In this document: positions 24,152 to 37,975 of the stretch, in pieces
Layout: each line of letters starts with the position of its first letter
Numbering within the stretch: position 1 is the stretch's first letter
The notes under the pieces: model-generated
The model's database searches: none
What the model was told of the DNA's origin: nothing
Seen by the model: only the letters and a program-made list of their open reading frames with translations
Origin: Azolla caroliniana
Taxonomy: Eukaryota; Plantae; Polypodiophyta
Direction: 5' to 3'
DNA length: 64,000 nt
Assembly: GCA_043228905.1 (NCBI GenBank)
Contig: JBHGNT010000016.1
Location: 9,300,001 to 9,364,000 of the forward strand
Position numbers and translations under genes: made by a program

Positions 24152-25696
24152 GCAGGGAAGAAGAACGCCATGGCTGACACGCTGTCGAGGGCAAGATTTT
24201 CAAATGGAAGTAACATGGTTTCGGAAGATGAAGATGTCGCCCTCAACTTCTTCAAGATGGCTCGATTGTCGGCGGAAGACCAGGACACGCAAACCCTCCA
24301 CGCCTTCAACGAGAACGAGTACGAAGGAGAATGGTTACTCATCGGTAGATTCCTAAGAACATTGACGACAGATGCTTCGTTGACAAAGGAGGAGGCCCTA
24401 CGAATCCGAAAGAAAGCTTACCGATACTTCTTGAAGGGAGGATTCCTTTGGCGACATCCAAAAAGAAGGACAGGAATACCACGTCGAGTGGTGGTAAAGA
24501 AAGAAGAGCAAGAGACGTTGATGACCGAATTCCACGAGAGTGCTTGGGCAGGTCATAGAGGAACATGGGCGACGTTCGAAAAATTGAAGGAGAAGTACTG
24601 GTGGCCAAGCATGTACAAAGATGTACTCCATTTCGTGTCCACATGTGAAACTTGCCAAATATATTCAAATATACGTCATCGTGATGAGTTAAAGCCGACA
24701 TACCCACTCACCATTCACTTCAAATGGATGGTGGATCTGGTCTCGATGCCAATGGGAGTGGGACAAATGAAGTACTTAGCGCTTGCAAGGGAAGACTTGA
24801 CAAATCAAGTGGAAGGACGAGCCTTGACAAATCAAGTGGAAGGACGAGCCTTGACAAATAAGACGACTTCAGCCGTTTGTAAATTTTTACTTGAACATGT
24901 TGTTTGCCGATATGGATGTGTAGGGAAGATAGTGGCCGACCGAGGGGAGTTGGACGCGCACGAAGCGACGGAGCTCTTCGAAAGACTAGGCGTGAAGCTC
25001 TCCCTCACGACTGCCTACAATCCGGAAGCAAATGGGAAGATCGAGCGAGGGCATGGACGTATCGTTAAAGCCATCGTACGGGCATGCAACGGTCGAATCG
25101 GGAATTGGCCACGACTATTACCCTATGCCTTGTGGGCCGATAGAACGACACATAGCTCGGTGACAGGGTATATGCCGACGGAGCTTATGTATGGACAAAA
25201 GCCGATTATGCCCATCGAAAGGACGATCGCCTCATGGGTAGCGATACCGTGGGAGAACGAGATGAGCCGAGAAGAGTTATTAGTGGCGCGGATAAGGCAA
25301 CTTGAAAGAAGACCTGAAGATTTAGAAAAAGCTCGAAAGATGATGAAGGCAGCCCGAGTAAAGAACAAAGTTCGGTTCGACAACACACATCGACTTCGTC
25401 CCAAGAAGATTGAAGAAGGGGATTGGGTTTTGGTTTACGACAGCACCCTTGACAATCAACATAGTACAACAAGGAAGTTCGCAAGAAGATGGTTCGGGCC
25501 GTATGTGGTGACAAGTGCCAACGATAATGCCACATACCACCTTGCGGAACTAGACGGATCAAGGTTGGTCGTACCCATTGCGGGAAAAAGAGTAAAGATT
25601 TTCAAGAAAAGACAAGACAAGGATCCTGACCTCGATTACCTGGACGATGAACATAATAGGCCGAATGAAAATGAAGACATGGAGGAATCAAATTGA
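24152..25696 (+). CDS. pol: pol 3' part (integrase) of Trp Gypsy
   Basis: HESAWAGH..CETC zinc finger, WMVDLV, ADRG, EANGKIER, WFGPY. Continues IRHI|AGKKNAMAD across the Copia C insertion. Confidence 0.9.
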   Translation, partial: AGKKNAMADTLSRARFSNGSNMVSEDEDVALNFFKMARLSAEDQDTQTLHAFNENEYEGEWLLIGRFLRTLTTDASLTKEEALRIRKKAYRYFLKGGFLWRHPKRRTGIPRRVVVKKEEQETLMTEFHESAWAGHRGTWATFEKLKEKYWWPSMYKDVLHFVSTCETCQIYSNIRHRDELKPTYPLTIHFKWMVDLVSMPMGVGQMKYLALAREDLTNQVEGRALTNQVEGRALTNKTTSAVCKFLLEHVVCRYGCVGKIVADRGELDAHEATELFERLGVKLSLTTAYNPEANGKIERGHGRIVKAIVRACNGRIGNWPRLLPYALWADRTTHSSVTGYMPTELMYGQKPIMPIERTIASWVAIPWENEMSREELLVARIRQLERRPEDLEKARKMMKAARVKNKVRFDNTHRLRPKKIEEGDWVLVYDSTLDNQHSTTRKFARRWFGPYVVTSANDNATYHLAELDGSRLVVPIAGKRVKIFKKRQDKDPDLDYLDDEHNRPNENEDMEESN

Positions 25697-28212
25697 TCAT
25701 CGTAGCCGAAATCTCACTTCTTCTCTTCTTGGCACGTACCAGAGGACGTGCGGTTTGGTGGGGCTGGATGTCGTGAAGATTTTCGGCAATAGTGTGAAAA
25801 TCCCATAAAACGTACGAAATCAAGTATGAATCACATAATACAATAATTGTGAAGATAACATTTTTAATATATAAGTACAAAATGATGGAGGTTTCGAATC
25901 CACTTTATTACACGAGAAATGGACAACTAAATGTCAAGATATGAGGGTATAAAGTTTGTGAAAAGAAAAGAGAAAATTGTGAGATATCCCACATAGGCAC
26001 GACAAATACAGCTCTCATCATATATAAGGTGGAGCAAAAGATATTATCTTTGTGTCTATGTGTGGAGCATAGAGAGTTCAAGGTAACTTGAACTAAGAGT
26101 GGAGGTGGCTAGCTACTCGTAAAGGGTTTTGGCCAACCAAAACCGGACCGGCGATGGAGCCGGTGATCCGACGGCATCCGGCACCGGTAACCGACGGTTT
26201 TTTTATGAAAATTAAGAGGAAGAAATTCGTTATCAAATTGATCGTGTAATCTCAACTTCTCTCTTTCCCAATCTATCTTAAGTACTTTCTCGCCAAAGCT
26301 TGTATGGACTCTAAATCCTTCTGGTCCAGAACCCTGGCGGTTCCGCCTCACGATCCGCGCGTAGTGACGGATCTTCACGAAATCGGACAGAGGGGGAAGC
26401 TGATGAACGTATTACACGTCCCGACTATCACGAAGAACCTGGTGTCGGTCGGACAGATCGTTGACCAGGGAATGCAGATTATTGCGCAGAGAGGAGAGGA
26501 TGTTCATCCTCAACACCAATGACGTCGGCACCGCTTTGTTCGCCAAAGGACAGAAGATTGAATCGGACATCGATCTCTAGCAGAAGCGGATCGGCCACGT
26601 CAATTACCGGAGGCTTCAAGACCTGCAAACGAAACAAGTTGTCTTCGGTTTGCCGAAGTTCAGTGGCCGGAAGGCCCAAGTATGTGAAGCCTGCCAACTC
26701 GGGAAGCAACACCGGCTTCCATTCCCCCCCGAACGAAACCGTAGCCGTAACAAGCTCAACCTTCTTCATTCGGATGTATGGGGACCGGCACTCAACTTGA
26801 GTCTTGGTGGGAGTCGATACTTCGTCTCCTTCATCGACGACTATAGTCGGCACACATGGATCTACCTCATTGAGCGGAAGAGTGAAGTCTTCAACTATTT
26901 CCGAAACCTCCAAAGCATGGTGGAACGGGAATCGGAGAGGAAGATCAAGTGTCTACGGTCAAATGGCGGAAAAGAATATTTTTCCAGCCAATTCAACAGT
27001 TATCTACAGCAAACAGGAATTCGAAGAGAGTTCAGCTGCAGATACACACCAGAGAAAAATGGTGTGGCCGAAAGGAAGAACCGGTCGCTTGTCGACGTGG
27101 CAAGGGCAATGCTGGAAGAGAAGATCATGTCCCATTTCTACTGGGCGGAGGCGGTCCGGATGGTCCTCTAAATCCAAAACCGGATCGGTGACAAGGTGTC
27201 CGCGCATGAGTTGTATTTCGGGCGCAAGCCGAATTTGAGACGCCTTCGGATTTTCGGCAGCATAGCATATGTGCATGTGCCGGATGAGAAGTTGAGGAAG
27301 CTAGATGCAAAATCGGAGAAGTGCATCCTCGTCGGCTACTCACATGAGCAAAAGGGGTATAAGTGTTATAACCCCCGGACGAAGCAGGTCCGAGTTAGCC
27401 ACGATGTTGAGTTTGATGAGACGGCATCATGGTATGCCTTACCAGCTCTGACTTCTGACCTGACCCGATACTGAAGGATGAGGCTAGTGAGCCTGAACCG
27501 GTCCAAATAGAAGATGATGAATCCGGGACTCAAGAAGAGAGTTCGGAATCATTTCGGTTGAGTGGGCCGAACGAGAGACTAGGTCAATCCGACCACTCTG
27601 AAGATGAACCGGCGTGTAGAGAAGACTCTGTCATGCTCTCCCCGCGCAAGGAACCGAGGACACGGTTCACGTGCAAAGAGAAAGGGAAGAAGAAGATGCC
27701 GGATTATGAAACCGGTAATGATGAGTTGGATCAAAGCGGATCCGACTCCGAAAAGGAAAATGACGGTTCTTCAGCACCGAAGACCGAACTGGCCAAGAAG
27801 GGCCTCAAACCGAGTAATGGTGGGTTACGCCGGTCAACCCGCCAGAAGGAACTTGTTAAGCGATACGGATACAATGAGTACATGGCGCATCACTATGCGT
27901 ACATGACCAAGGTGGCGGAAGTGCATGAGCCGGAGAGCTATGCAGAAGCGGCAAAGGACGCACATTGGCGTGCCGCTATGGAAGAAGAGATGCGAGCACT
28001 TGATGCCAATGAGACATGGGACCTGGTTGACCCTCCCCGTCATTGTAAACCGATCGGATGCAAGTGGCTGTACAAGGTAAAGTACAACGCTGACGGTTCA
28101 GTTAACCAGTACAAGGCCCGATTAGTGGCGAAGGGATACACATAAACCCACGGAATCGGCTACAACGAGACCTTCACTCCGGTAGCGAAGATGATGACGG
28201 TTCATGTGGTGA

Positions 28213-28312
28213 NNNNNNNNNNNNNNNNNNNNNNNNNNNNNNNNNNNNNNNNNNNNNNNNNNNNNNNNNNNNNNNNNNNNNNNNNNNNNNNNNNNNNNNN
28301 NNNNNNNNNNNN
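28213..28312. other. Assembly gap (100 N)
   Basis: Run of 100 N. Confidence 1.
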
Positions 28313-30855
28313 AGTATGGATGTGATATTGTAATATGTGCATAATATCTATGTATATATATGTGTATGTATATGTAGCAATGTATAAATGAATATATGTA
28401 TGTCCATGTACGAATGTACATATGTGTATGCATATATCCATATGTAATGTGTGTGTATGTATAGAAGACTATATGTAGGTGCATACATGAGTGTGTTCAT
28501 AATATTTATGTATGTGTAAGTATACATGTATGTATTGTAGTCTGTGATGAAATGTATGTATATATGTGTATGGATGTATGTTTGTAAAACTTTTAACATT
28601 GAAGGCATATGTACATATATATATGGTGATATGTGGAATATGTATGTATGTGTATGCATATATGTATATGTCAATATACATGATTTAATGAGTATGAATA
28701 TGTTTGTAATATGTGCATATATATCTAATGTATGTATGTATGTGTGTGTATGTGGTCATATATATGTAAATGTATGAATGTATGTACGTGTATATATGTA
28801 ATGTATTTATGTATCTATATTTTTGGGATATTTTCATGTTTAGTACATCTGTATATGGCTCGTATATGGATGTATGTTTGTAATATGTACGTAATATGCA
28901 TGTATATATCCAATGTATGTGTAAGTATACATATATCTAATGTGTGTGTGTGTGCAAGTAAGTATTGTGGTTTGTATGGTCTAGTATGATCTATACATAT
29001 GGTGATATGTAGAATATGTATGTACATATGTAATATATCTATGTATGTATATATGTAATTTATGCATGTGTAAATTTGTATATTGTGTAATAGGTATGGA
29101 TTATGTGCTATGTAATATCTAATTTATTTATGTGTAAGTATACATATACATATCTAATGTGTGTGTGTGTGTAGTATGTATATATATAAGTATTGTGGTT
29201 TGTATGGTCCAGTAATAATCTATACATATATATATGGTGATATGTGGAATATGTATGTACATATGTAATATGTATATCTATGTATGTATCTATATATGTA
29301 TATATGTGATTTATGTATGTCTAAATTTGAATATTGTGTAATATATGCTATGTAATATCTAATTTATTTATGTGTGTGCACGTGTATATATATGTAATAT
29401 ATGTAACGTGTTTGTAAGTATGAAGATTTGTATATATATAGTATGTAATCTTAGCCTTTAGGTGTTAATATGTATGTGTATGTGTATACATACATATATA
29501 TATAATATGTAATTTATTTTTGTGTGTTTTGTATGTATATATGCTTTTGTGTATTTATATATGTATGTAATATGTAATTTTATTGTATGTATTATGTACA
29601 TATTTACATATGGTAATATATATTTGTACATATATTTATGTTTAGTTAATATGTATGTATAAATGAGTGTAATGTATGTATATACATATTCATGGATGTA
29701 GGTATATATGCATGTGTGATGTGTGTTATGTTTATGTGTGTATGTATGTACATATTGTATTGTATTGTATGTATGGAATGTGTGTATGTGTATATAATAT
29801 ATATATATTATTATATTATTATATATAATATGAATTTTATTTTTTGTGTGTTTGGTTTGTATATTTGCATTTGTATATAATTGTGTGTATAATAATAAAT
29901 GTGTGTAATATGTAATATATAAAATATGTTTGTAAGGAAGTGTATGTAGAAATGTAATATGTAATTTTTATGTATGTATGTCAATATATATGGCCAATTC
30001 TAATATGTATGTAGTATGTAATGCATGCATGTATGTGTATGTACATATTTACATATGGTAATATATATTTGTACATATGTAATATATAAAATATGTTTGT
30101 AAGGAAGTGTATGTATAAATGTAATATGTAATTTTTATGTATGTATGTATTATCTATATATGTATGTCAATATATATGGCCAATTCTAATATGTATGTAG
30201 TATGTAATGCATGTATGAATGTGTATGTACATATTTACATATGGTTAATATATAAAATATGTTTGTAAGGAAGTGTATGTAGAAATGTAATATGTAATTT
30301 TTATGTATGTATGTCAATATATATGGCCAATTCTAATATGTATGTAGTATGTAATGCATGCATGTATGTGTATGTACATATTTACATATGGTAATATATA
30401 TTTGTACATATGTAATATATAAAAATATGTTTTGTAAGGAATTGTATGTATAAATGTAATATGTAATTTTTATGTATGTATGTATTATCTATATATGTAT
30501 GTCAATATATATGGCCAATTCTAATATGTATGTAGTATGTAATGCATGTATGTATGTTGTATGTACATATTTACATATGGTAATATATAAAATATGTTTG
30601 TAAGGAAGTGTATGTATAAATGTAATATGTAATTTTTATGTATGTATTATCTATATATGTATGTCAATATATATGGCCAATTTTAATATGTATGTAGTAT
30701 GTAATGCATGTATGTATGTGTATGTACATATTTACATATGGTAATATATATTTATGTTTAGTCAGCATGCATGTATAAATGGGTGTAATGTATGTATGTA
30801 TATACATATTCATGGATGTAATGTTTGAATGTAGGTATATATGGATGCATGCATG

Positions 30856-30887
<32 letters not shown>

Positions 30888-30905
30888 TGTATGTATGTAT
30901 GTATG
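28313..30905. repeat. Degenerate (TA)/(TG)/(TATG) low-complexity array containing a ~167-bp tandem repeat x5
   Basis: C-poor TATG-rich tract. Anchor TGTAAGGAA at 29931, 30098, 30264, 30433, 30599, and a pure (TATG)n at ~30858-30905. Confidence 0.9.
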
Positions 30906-31137
30906 CCACTTCAAATTTGAGTATTGTTTGCATAATATATTCTTTACTATCTCATTGAAATATTTAATATTTCATGGGCTTATGTAATTTTTTTTTCAGC
31001 ATAATGGATAATACCCTTATGTAAAAAATATTTTCAAATCTTTATTAATACCCTTATGTATATATATTCTGTATCTCACTGATTAATAAAAACCCCTTTT
31101 GATGAACTCACGTGCTATCATACAAGTTTTGATAGTG

Positions 31138-33210
31138 AAGTCCCCGGGGCTTGAGTCCTTCTATGAATCTTGGTACTAGCTGCAAGAGTCGTCCTAACGG
31201 CAGCGTGATCTGGCATTCCTGCAATGCCTGCCATGTCGCGTTTTCGGACTGATTGCCGCCGGCGAGCTCCTCGGTGGTCTCCTTTTGCTGCGCGAGTTCT
31301 GCTACGTTTCGCTCGTTTGCCTTTTTCATCCATTCTATCGCCTGTTTCCGGATGGCCTCTTGTGTCTCCCATTCCGTCGTCTTGCCCTTCGACCTTGTGG
31401 TGACTTGCTGGAGGTCTACGACTTCGGCAACTACCATGTTTAGTGTTGGTCGCTTGTCGTAGCTCTTTGCCGGACATTGATTACTATAATGTCCTTCTTG
31501 CCGGCAGTAATAGCAATATGCTTTCCGAGTGTTGCTAGATTCGGCATTGTTTCCTGTACCCGATGGAGGACTTGTGGTAACCGCGGAGCTCTGGTTCGGT
31601 TGGCTGCTTGAGGCGCCTTTTTCCGGTTCACGTGGGTGGCTCCCGTTTTTGAAATGCCGTTTTTTATTAAAGTTCTTTTTGTTGCGGTACCCTTGCCGGG
31701 GTTGGTCGTCATACCTCCCGTAATCTTCCCGTCATTGGTGATACCCAAGGGAGTGATCCCGGTTGTGATGCTCGTACCGTCCATTGTAATCTCGGTACTT
31801 GTCATATCTCTTGTATCGGTCATAGTTGTCTCGCCGATTGTCGTACCGGACATCTTGTGCCGGTCGATATCGCTCCTCTCGTCGCCAGCGTTCGTCTTCT
31901 TCGTCTCGGCTGCTACGTGGCTTGATTTGCCGGACTGGTGGGGCTTGCCGATTCAATAAGTTATATTCGCACCGGTCCATCGTGTGGCTCGTAGATTGGC
32001 AGAGTAAACAGTGTGACCGCATGGTGCACTCCAATGACGAGGGTCCGGAGTTCAAGCAGGTCGTGCATTGGATTGCTTGCCGGAAATGGAGATCCTCATC
32101 GGTTGGTAATGCTCGTTGGAGGGCTCCCATTGTTAGCCAAGAGCTCGTTTTCTCCATTTCTCTAACCCAGTCGATGACCTGGTCGACGGTGCTTGTGCGA
32201 AAGTCGATGACCGTGCATACCGTTTGTAGAGGTTCCCTGAGCGCGGCTAAAAATATAGCCTGCGTTTCTTCCTCCGGAGGTGCGCAGGTAAGCTGACTGT
32301 GCATCCGTTGAAACCGGATGACAAACTGCGGGATGCTCTCCCCGGGGTCCTGCCGAATTTTATAAAATAAGCCCACCATTTCTGGCTGATCCATCTCCTT
32401 CTGGAAGAAGTGCAAGAATTTGTCTTTTAGGTCTGCAAATGTGGTGATGGTGCTGCGATCCTGTGTCCGGTGCCATCTGGCGGCCGGTCCTTCCAATGTC
32501 ACGCCGAATTCGGCTATCTTAGATCGTTCCTCTTCTGCCGCGGTTAACCGTTGTGACACGTGGTTTGCTTCCCATGTTTGTTCAAACGCGTGAACATGAG
32601 CCTCCGCGTCCGGGTCATCCCGATACTTGGAGTACTGGAACGACATGTCATCGTCCAGTGTCGGTACGCGGGCTGGCGGTGTCGGCAGTCTTTCCTGCTG
32701 TTCCGTCGGCGTTTGAAGTCTTTGCCGGTCTTCCTTTGGTGTTGCCGGCTCGACTTCCGGTGTTGGAGGTTTTTGCCGATGCACTTCCGTCTCCGGAGGT
32801 TGCTCCACGACGAGTGCCTGAGGTTCCCGGTCTGCCAACTCTGGTTCCAGTGTCGGTAAGGTATCCGACTCCTCGTCCCCCGGTCCTCCTGGGGTGTCGT
32901 TATTGCTGCGATAGTTCGTATGCGCGCTGTAACCCCCTTCCGAATCCAATTCCAGCGTTGAAAATGCTTCGGATTCGCCATCTCTTCCAGCCAAGGCCAG
33001 GAGAAGGGTTTCCCCTTCCCGGAGGCTGCTTAAGCTGCTTCCTTCGTCCGGGTAGGCGTTTTGTTGCAGACGGAGCGACTCCTCTGCCACTTTCCGGATC
33101 ACTTTGGAAAATGATCGATCCGTTCGGATTTCTTCCGCTGTTTGCTGGAAAGCCTCTCGCCGCCGTCTCCATTCAGCAAGTCTTCGTGGGTCGTCTGTTA
33201 GCCTGGTCAT
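31138..33210 (-). pseudogene. gag: gag (N-terminal extension, capsid, zinc knuckles), frameshifted and truncated
   Basis: KYRDDPDAEAHVHAFEQTWEANHVSQRL, CTTCLNSGP, QQVTTRSKGK shared with the intact copy. Confidence 0.88.
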
Positions 33211-33725
33211 CCATTCCTGCCGCTGTTCACTGCGATTATGCAGGAATCATGGTCGCCAAAAACTGTGTTATTACTAGGGCCGGACAATAGCCTAACACAA
33301 GGTGTCCACTTAAGACACTTTACCAAAGGGTGGTACGACAGAATGATTTGTGGCACAACGCTTAATTAGACCTTAATTGGTTACTTAGCAATCCGTAATT
33401 AACACGCGTAAGATATAACAATGAATACAGAATGGTAATCAACACTGGAAGATTAAGACAATAAGCTTTATTAATTATCCACTAAAGATTACATTGTAAC
33501 CGGGCCTTTATATAGGTCTCCGGTGCGAAATACAAAACGGTGCCAACCGGCACCTTTACGGGATCGTTCCGGATCCGGATCGGCATACCGATTCCAGTCC
33601 GTCCGTCCACATCTTCTTATATATTAATATATATATTAAGACTACTAATTCCAACAGTTCCCGAATATCTATTCCTTTCACACTCTGGTTTGGACCTCCT
33701 TAAGCCTTCTTTCCGGCCGGTAACA
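31138..33725 (-). mobile_element. Truncated Gypsy (Arg family): 5' LTR, PBS, gag
   Basis: LTR 33266-33725, PBS TGGCGACCATG at 33248-33258, 492-aa ORF 33210-31732 homologous to 38011-39800. Confidence 0.9.
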
Positions 33726-36700
33726 CACTCCTAGTCCACTAGGTACTTATGGTTCTAGTAGTTAGTGTCAGTAGCTTGGTACGAGCATTGAAGTACTTGT
33801 CAGTACTTTTGTCAGTCTTTTAAGGACTTGTATAAAAGTGCTCACTGAGCACATTGTAAGTACAGAGTGTTCATTATTTTTGAGATAGAGTTTTATGTTC
33901 TGCTCTCTCTGTCTCTCCCGTATACTTTCTGTGTATTTGAAGCTTTCCATTAAACCTGCATATTGTTTGTTGCTGTCCGGCTAAGCCGGTTGTGTGTATG
34001 CTTCTACACCTTCACTTTTTCATGGTGTCAGAGTATGAGGGTTAGAACATCCTCTGCTGCCAACAAGAGCTTTTAGCACAAACCAAGACCTAACACTCGG
34101 TAAGAATAGATAAGAAAAGAATGGACGGAGAAGCTCAATAGCAGCAACTATGCATCTTGGTCATAGAAGATACACCAATATTTGTTAGGACATGGACATT
34201 GGAGATGTCGAAGGAGCAAATGATGCAGCACCGGATTCGATACACAAGGATTTTCCGGCTTGGGAACAATAGGCAAGCAAAGTTCTCTACTGCTTTGCAT
34301 CAAGTGTCGGTGATAAACTATTGAGCTACATTCGGGATGCCAAAATGCCAAAGGAGGCTTGGGGAAATTTGAAGAAGATTTTCGCCGAGCACCATAGCCA
34401 GAAAACTTCAGCTCAAACAAGGGCTAAGCAACATCATATAGAGAGACATGCCATTGGTTGATTACTCCTTCCGAATCAAGGATCTGCAACACTCTCGCTC
34501 CATCAATGACCATCGAGGAGGACGAAATGGTGCAGGTCTGTCTCAGAGGATTGGCACATAAGTTTGGATCATTCCGGACGGCGGTTCGCACGAGAGAGAA
34601 TACAACTTCATTCTTCGAGTTGCAATCCATGCTTCTCATTGAAGAGAACCATGTGGGTGCTTCAACGAGTACGCACGTCGACAACAAGATGTTGTACATG
34701 AAGGAAGATAGACCCCGTGGTCGTGGTGGACGAGGCGGTTGATTGGAGCAAAACCGAAGGCATAATCACAATGTTGTTGAGCAAACAAGCTCAACCGGAT
34801 TCGGATCAGCCGAACAAGCTAGAGCCGGATCGGTTTCCGGAACGGATGGACCGGATCGGTATACGGGACCAAGAGCCAGACTCAAGTGTGAATTGACAGG
34901 CCGTTTCAAGGCCTAGTCTTCTAGACTACTAGGTAGTCATGGTCCTCGTAGTTAGTGTCAACTGCCTCGTATGAGCATTGAAGTACATAGTACTTCTGGA
35001 AGTCCCTTGTGGACTTGTATAAAAAAATTTCACTAAGCACATCTTATGTATAGAGTGTTGTTATTATTTTAAATTTAGTTTATGCTATTCTGTTCTATCT
35101 ATCTCTCCCGTGTAATGTGTAGTCTTAAGCTACCATTAAACCTTCATCTCTATTTTATTGTTGTTATCCAGCTGAGCCGGTTTATCGAAGCTTCTACATA
35201 TTAACTTTCACATGGTATCAAAGCGTGGGGGTTGAGAACCTCTGCAACCGACGAGCAATTACTGAGGTCAAAGTCTAACACTCGGTAAAGAGTGAAAGAT
35301 GGAAAGAGCTTTGGCAAGCTCGCTTCCAATAGAGAAGCTTGACAGACACAACTATGCATCCTGGTCATACAAGATGCACTAATATCAACTCAGACATGGA
35401 TAGTGGAGTTATGTTTAGGGTGTGAATGAAATAGCATCAGAGTTGTCAGAAAAAGGAGTTCCCAACATGAGAACAAGGAGCAAGCAGAGTTCTATATTGC
35501 CTTGCATCCTACGTGCATGACCAGATGATCAACTACATTAGAGATGCTAAGACGCCGAAACAAACATGGGAAAATCTGAAAAAGATTTTCGCCGCAAGTA
35601 CATCAGCCCGGAAGCTACAACTTTGGCAAGAACTGAATAATATCCGACAAAAAGATATGTCCATTTTAGATTATACCGCGAAGATAAAGGGGATTTGTGA
35701 TGCATTAGGGTCCATTGACGTCACAATAGATGAGGACGAAATGGTGCAAATCTGCCTCGGTGGTCTGACTCAGAGGTACGGGTCCATCTGAACCGTTTTC
35801 TTCACCCGGGAGAAATCATCATCCTTCTTCGACCTGCAATCGATGCTTATGGTCGAAGAAAACCACACGAGTGGGTCAAGGACCACTCAATCGGACAACC
35901 GGATGTTGTACATAGAGGTGGATCGGCCTTGTGGGCATGGAGGTCGAGGTGGGTCGGCACACAATAGAGGCAGCCGGCAAGAGCAGAATCAGAGGCACAG
36001 AGATAGTGTCGACTGTAGTTCCGGACCCTCCACAAGCAGGGGGGTCAAAACAGTGCCGGAAACCGGCAATTGAAAGCCGATACAGAATGTTGGTATTGTG
36101 GCAAAAAAGGCCACTGACGGAAACCGGCAATTGAAAGCTGATACAGAATGTTGGTATTGTGGCAAGAAAGGCCACTGAGAAAGCGAGTGCTGGAAGAAGC
36201 GCACTGATTCAGAAATATCTGGATCCGGCAAGGCCGGACAAGGGAACTGTTAGAGCTCGCACTACACAGAAGGATCCGAAACCAGGAAGATCGAAGAAGG
36301 GCCATCCTTTCTGATGAAACACAAGGCGAACTCAATGAAGAAGACCACTTCTGGATCAGAGGAAGTATGGTACGTTGACTCTGGAGCATCTAACCACATG
36401 ACAAGCCACGAAGAGTGGTTCTCGTTTCTAGAAAAGCCAAAGCAACCGTGAGTTGTCGAAACCGGACACGACACTCCTCACTCGATTGTGCATGTCGAAG
36501 AAGTCCCTTTAAGCCATGTTGGAAAAAAGGGAAAGCTGATGAATGTACTATTAGGAAACAGGTCCCTCTGGATGAGGAGGACCCGGATACGGAAGACCCG
36601 GTGAGAACCGGATGAGGAGTACCCGGCTACGGATGACTCGGTGAGAACCGGATGATGAAGACCCGGTGAGAACCGGATGAGGAGTGCCCGGCAAGCGCCG

Positions 36701-37964
36701 GATGATGCAGGCCCGATGAGGAGTGCTCACCGGATGGATGATGCAAGCCGGTGAGGAGTGCTCACCGGATGAAGGGACATATTCGTAAATATATTTCTGA
36801 GAGTCCATCGGGGCTATATTTGTAAATAGCCGAAAAGTCATATTAGTATAAATATGACTTAGGGCAAACAGAGAATAAGGTTGTTGTCATTCTTGTTGGT
36901 GCAAGACTAGAGAGCGCGTAACATTGTACAGAGAGAGAGAGAGAGGAAGAGGTCATTGCCTCTGTTATAACCGCCGCCTGTGGCGAAGATAGAAAGCTCG
37001 AGGTTGTTGCCTCGGTGCTTTACTGTTGTACATTGTAACATAGTGATAGTTTGCAGCCTGTGGGTTGTCGTGGTTTTTTCCCTAGTTTGGGTTTTTCCAT
37101 GTAAACATCTTGTGTACTCTTCTCTCCATTGTGTCGTGCTTTAATTTCCCGTTTTCTGTGTATGATTCTAACCTCGGTTGTGGCCGAGCGTTGCGCATAA
37201 GGAGCGTGCAGTTCATGTCAAAGTGGTATTAGAGCGAAACGACATAGAAAATGGACAATTCGTTGGGAGGTATGTTCAAGCTCACCGGCTCCAACTATTT
37301 GGTGTGGAAGTCGAAGATGAGGGACATGCTCGTGGTTAAAGATCTTTGGTTGCCGGTTCAGTTCGGGGACAAGAGACCGGACAAAATCAACGCCACGATA
37401 TGGGAGGTGATGCACATGAAGACAACAACATACATACGGTGCTTCATCGACATGAGCCTATACAACAACTTCAATGAAGAGAGCAAGGCTCATGAGCTCT
37501 GGGAGAAGATCGGCATTATGTTTCAGAACAAAAATGTTGTTAATCAGGTTTCGGTATTCCGGAAGCTAGTAAGACTCCGGTACCACGTGTTGGCCGGTCA
37601 GAGAAGGCAAATGGGAAAGCAAGGTCGGATCGGATAAATATAGAAATAGGAATAGAATTATTAGGAGGGACGGATCCGGTAGTTGTAACCGATCCGGATC
37701 CGAACTGATTCGGTTTCGGTTAACGGTTGCCTACCGAACACCGATTGTAATATGGCCGGATGCCTATAAAAGGATCCGATGTTTTGTAATGAAAGGGCGA
37801 AGAATTAATATAGTTTTGCTTATGCTGATTAATCTTGTCTTCGTCTGTGCTTAAGTGTAATTATCATACGCGTGTATTAACATCCTATCCCTACCACCCC
37901 TTTGGAGAAGTGTCGGATAGACACCTGTGTTGAGGCTAGTCCAGCCATACATACAACACTATTT

Positions 37965-37975
37965 TGGCGACCACG
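37965..37975 (+). promoter_or_regulatory. Primer binding site, probably tRNA-Arg
   Basis: TGGCGACCAC(G), 6 nt after the LTR, complementary to tRNA-Arg ends ..GTGGTCG-CCA (recalled). Conserved at 33248-33258. Confidence 0.7.

Larger units (their letters stand above)
13755..26382 (+). mobile_element. Ty3/Gypsy element, tRNA-Trp primed, no chromodomain (clade not determined)
   Basis: LTRs 13755-14391 and 25769-26382 with 12-bp terminal inverted repeat TGTCGTGAAGAT, PBS 14400-14417, gag-PR, RT (FLDD), RH, INT (GPY), degenerate TSD TCGA/TCGG. Confidence 0.93.
12100..28211 (+). mobile_element. Ty1/Copia family B element (B0), decayed, host of nested Gypsy; truncated by assembly gap
   Basis: LTR 12100-12496 (TG..CA), PBS TGGTATCA at 12497, gag from ~12597, CWYCGKKGHRESKC, WYVDSGAS. 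Resumes at 26383 with integrase (HSDVWGP) and RT start (YKARLVAKG). Confidence 0.9.

Noticed and set aside
28200-28320. Biological junction between Copia RT and the TA array
   Set aside because: Separated by a 100-N scaffold gap, so adjacency is unverified.
28313-30905. Telomeric array
   Set aside because: No TTTAGGG-type repeats.
28122-30933. Y/I/H/M/C/V-rich ORFs
   Set aside because: Translations of TA/TG low-complexity sequence.
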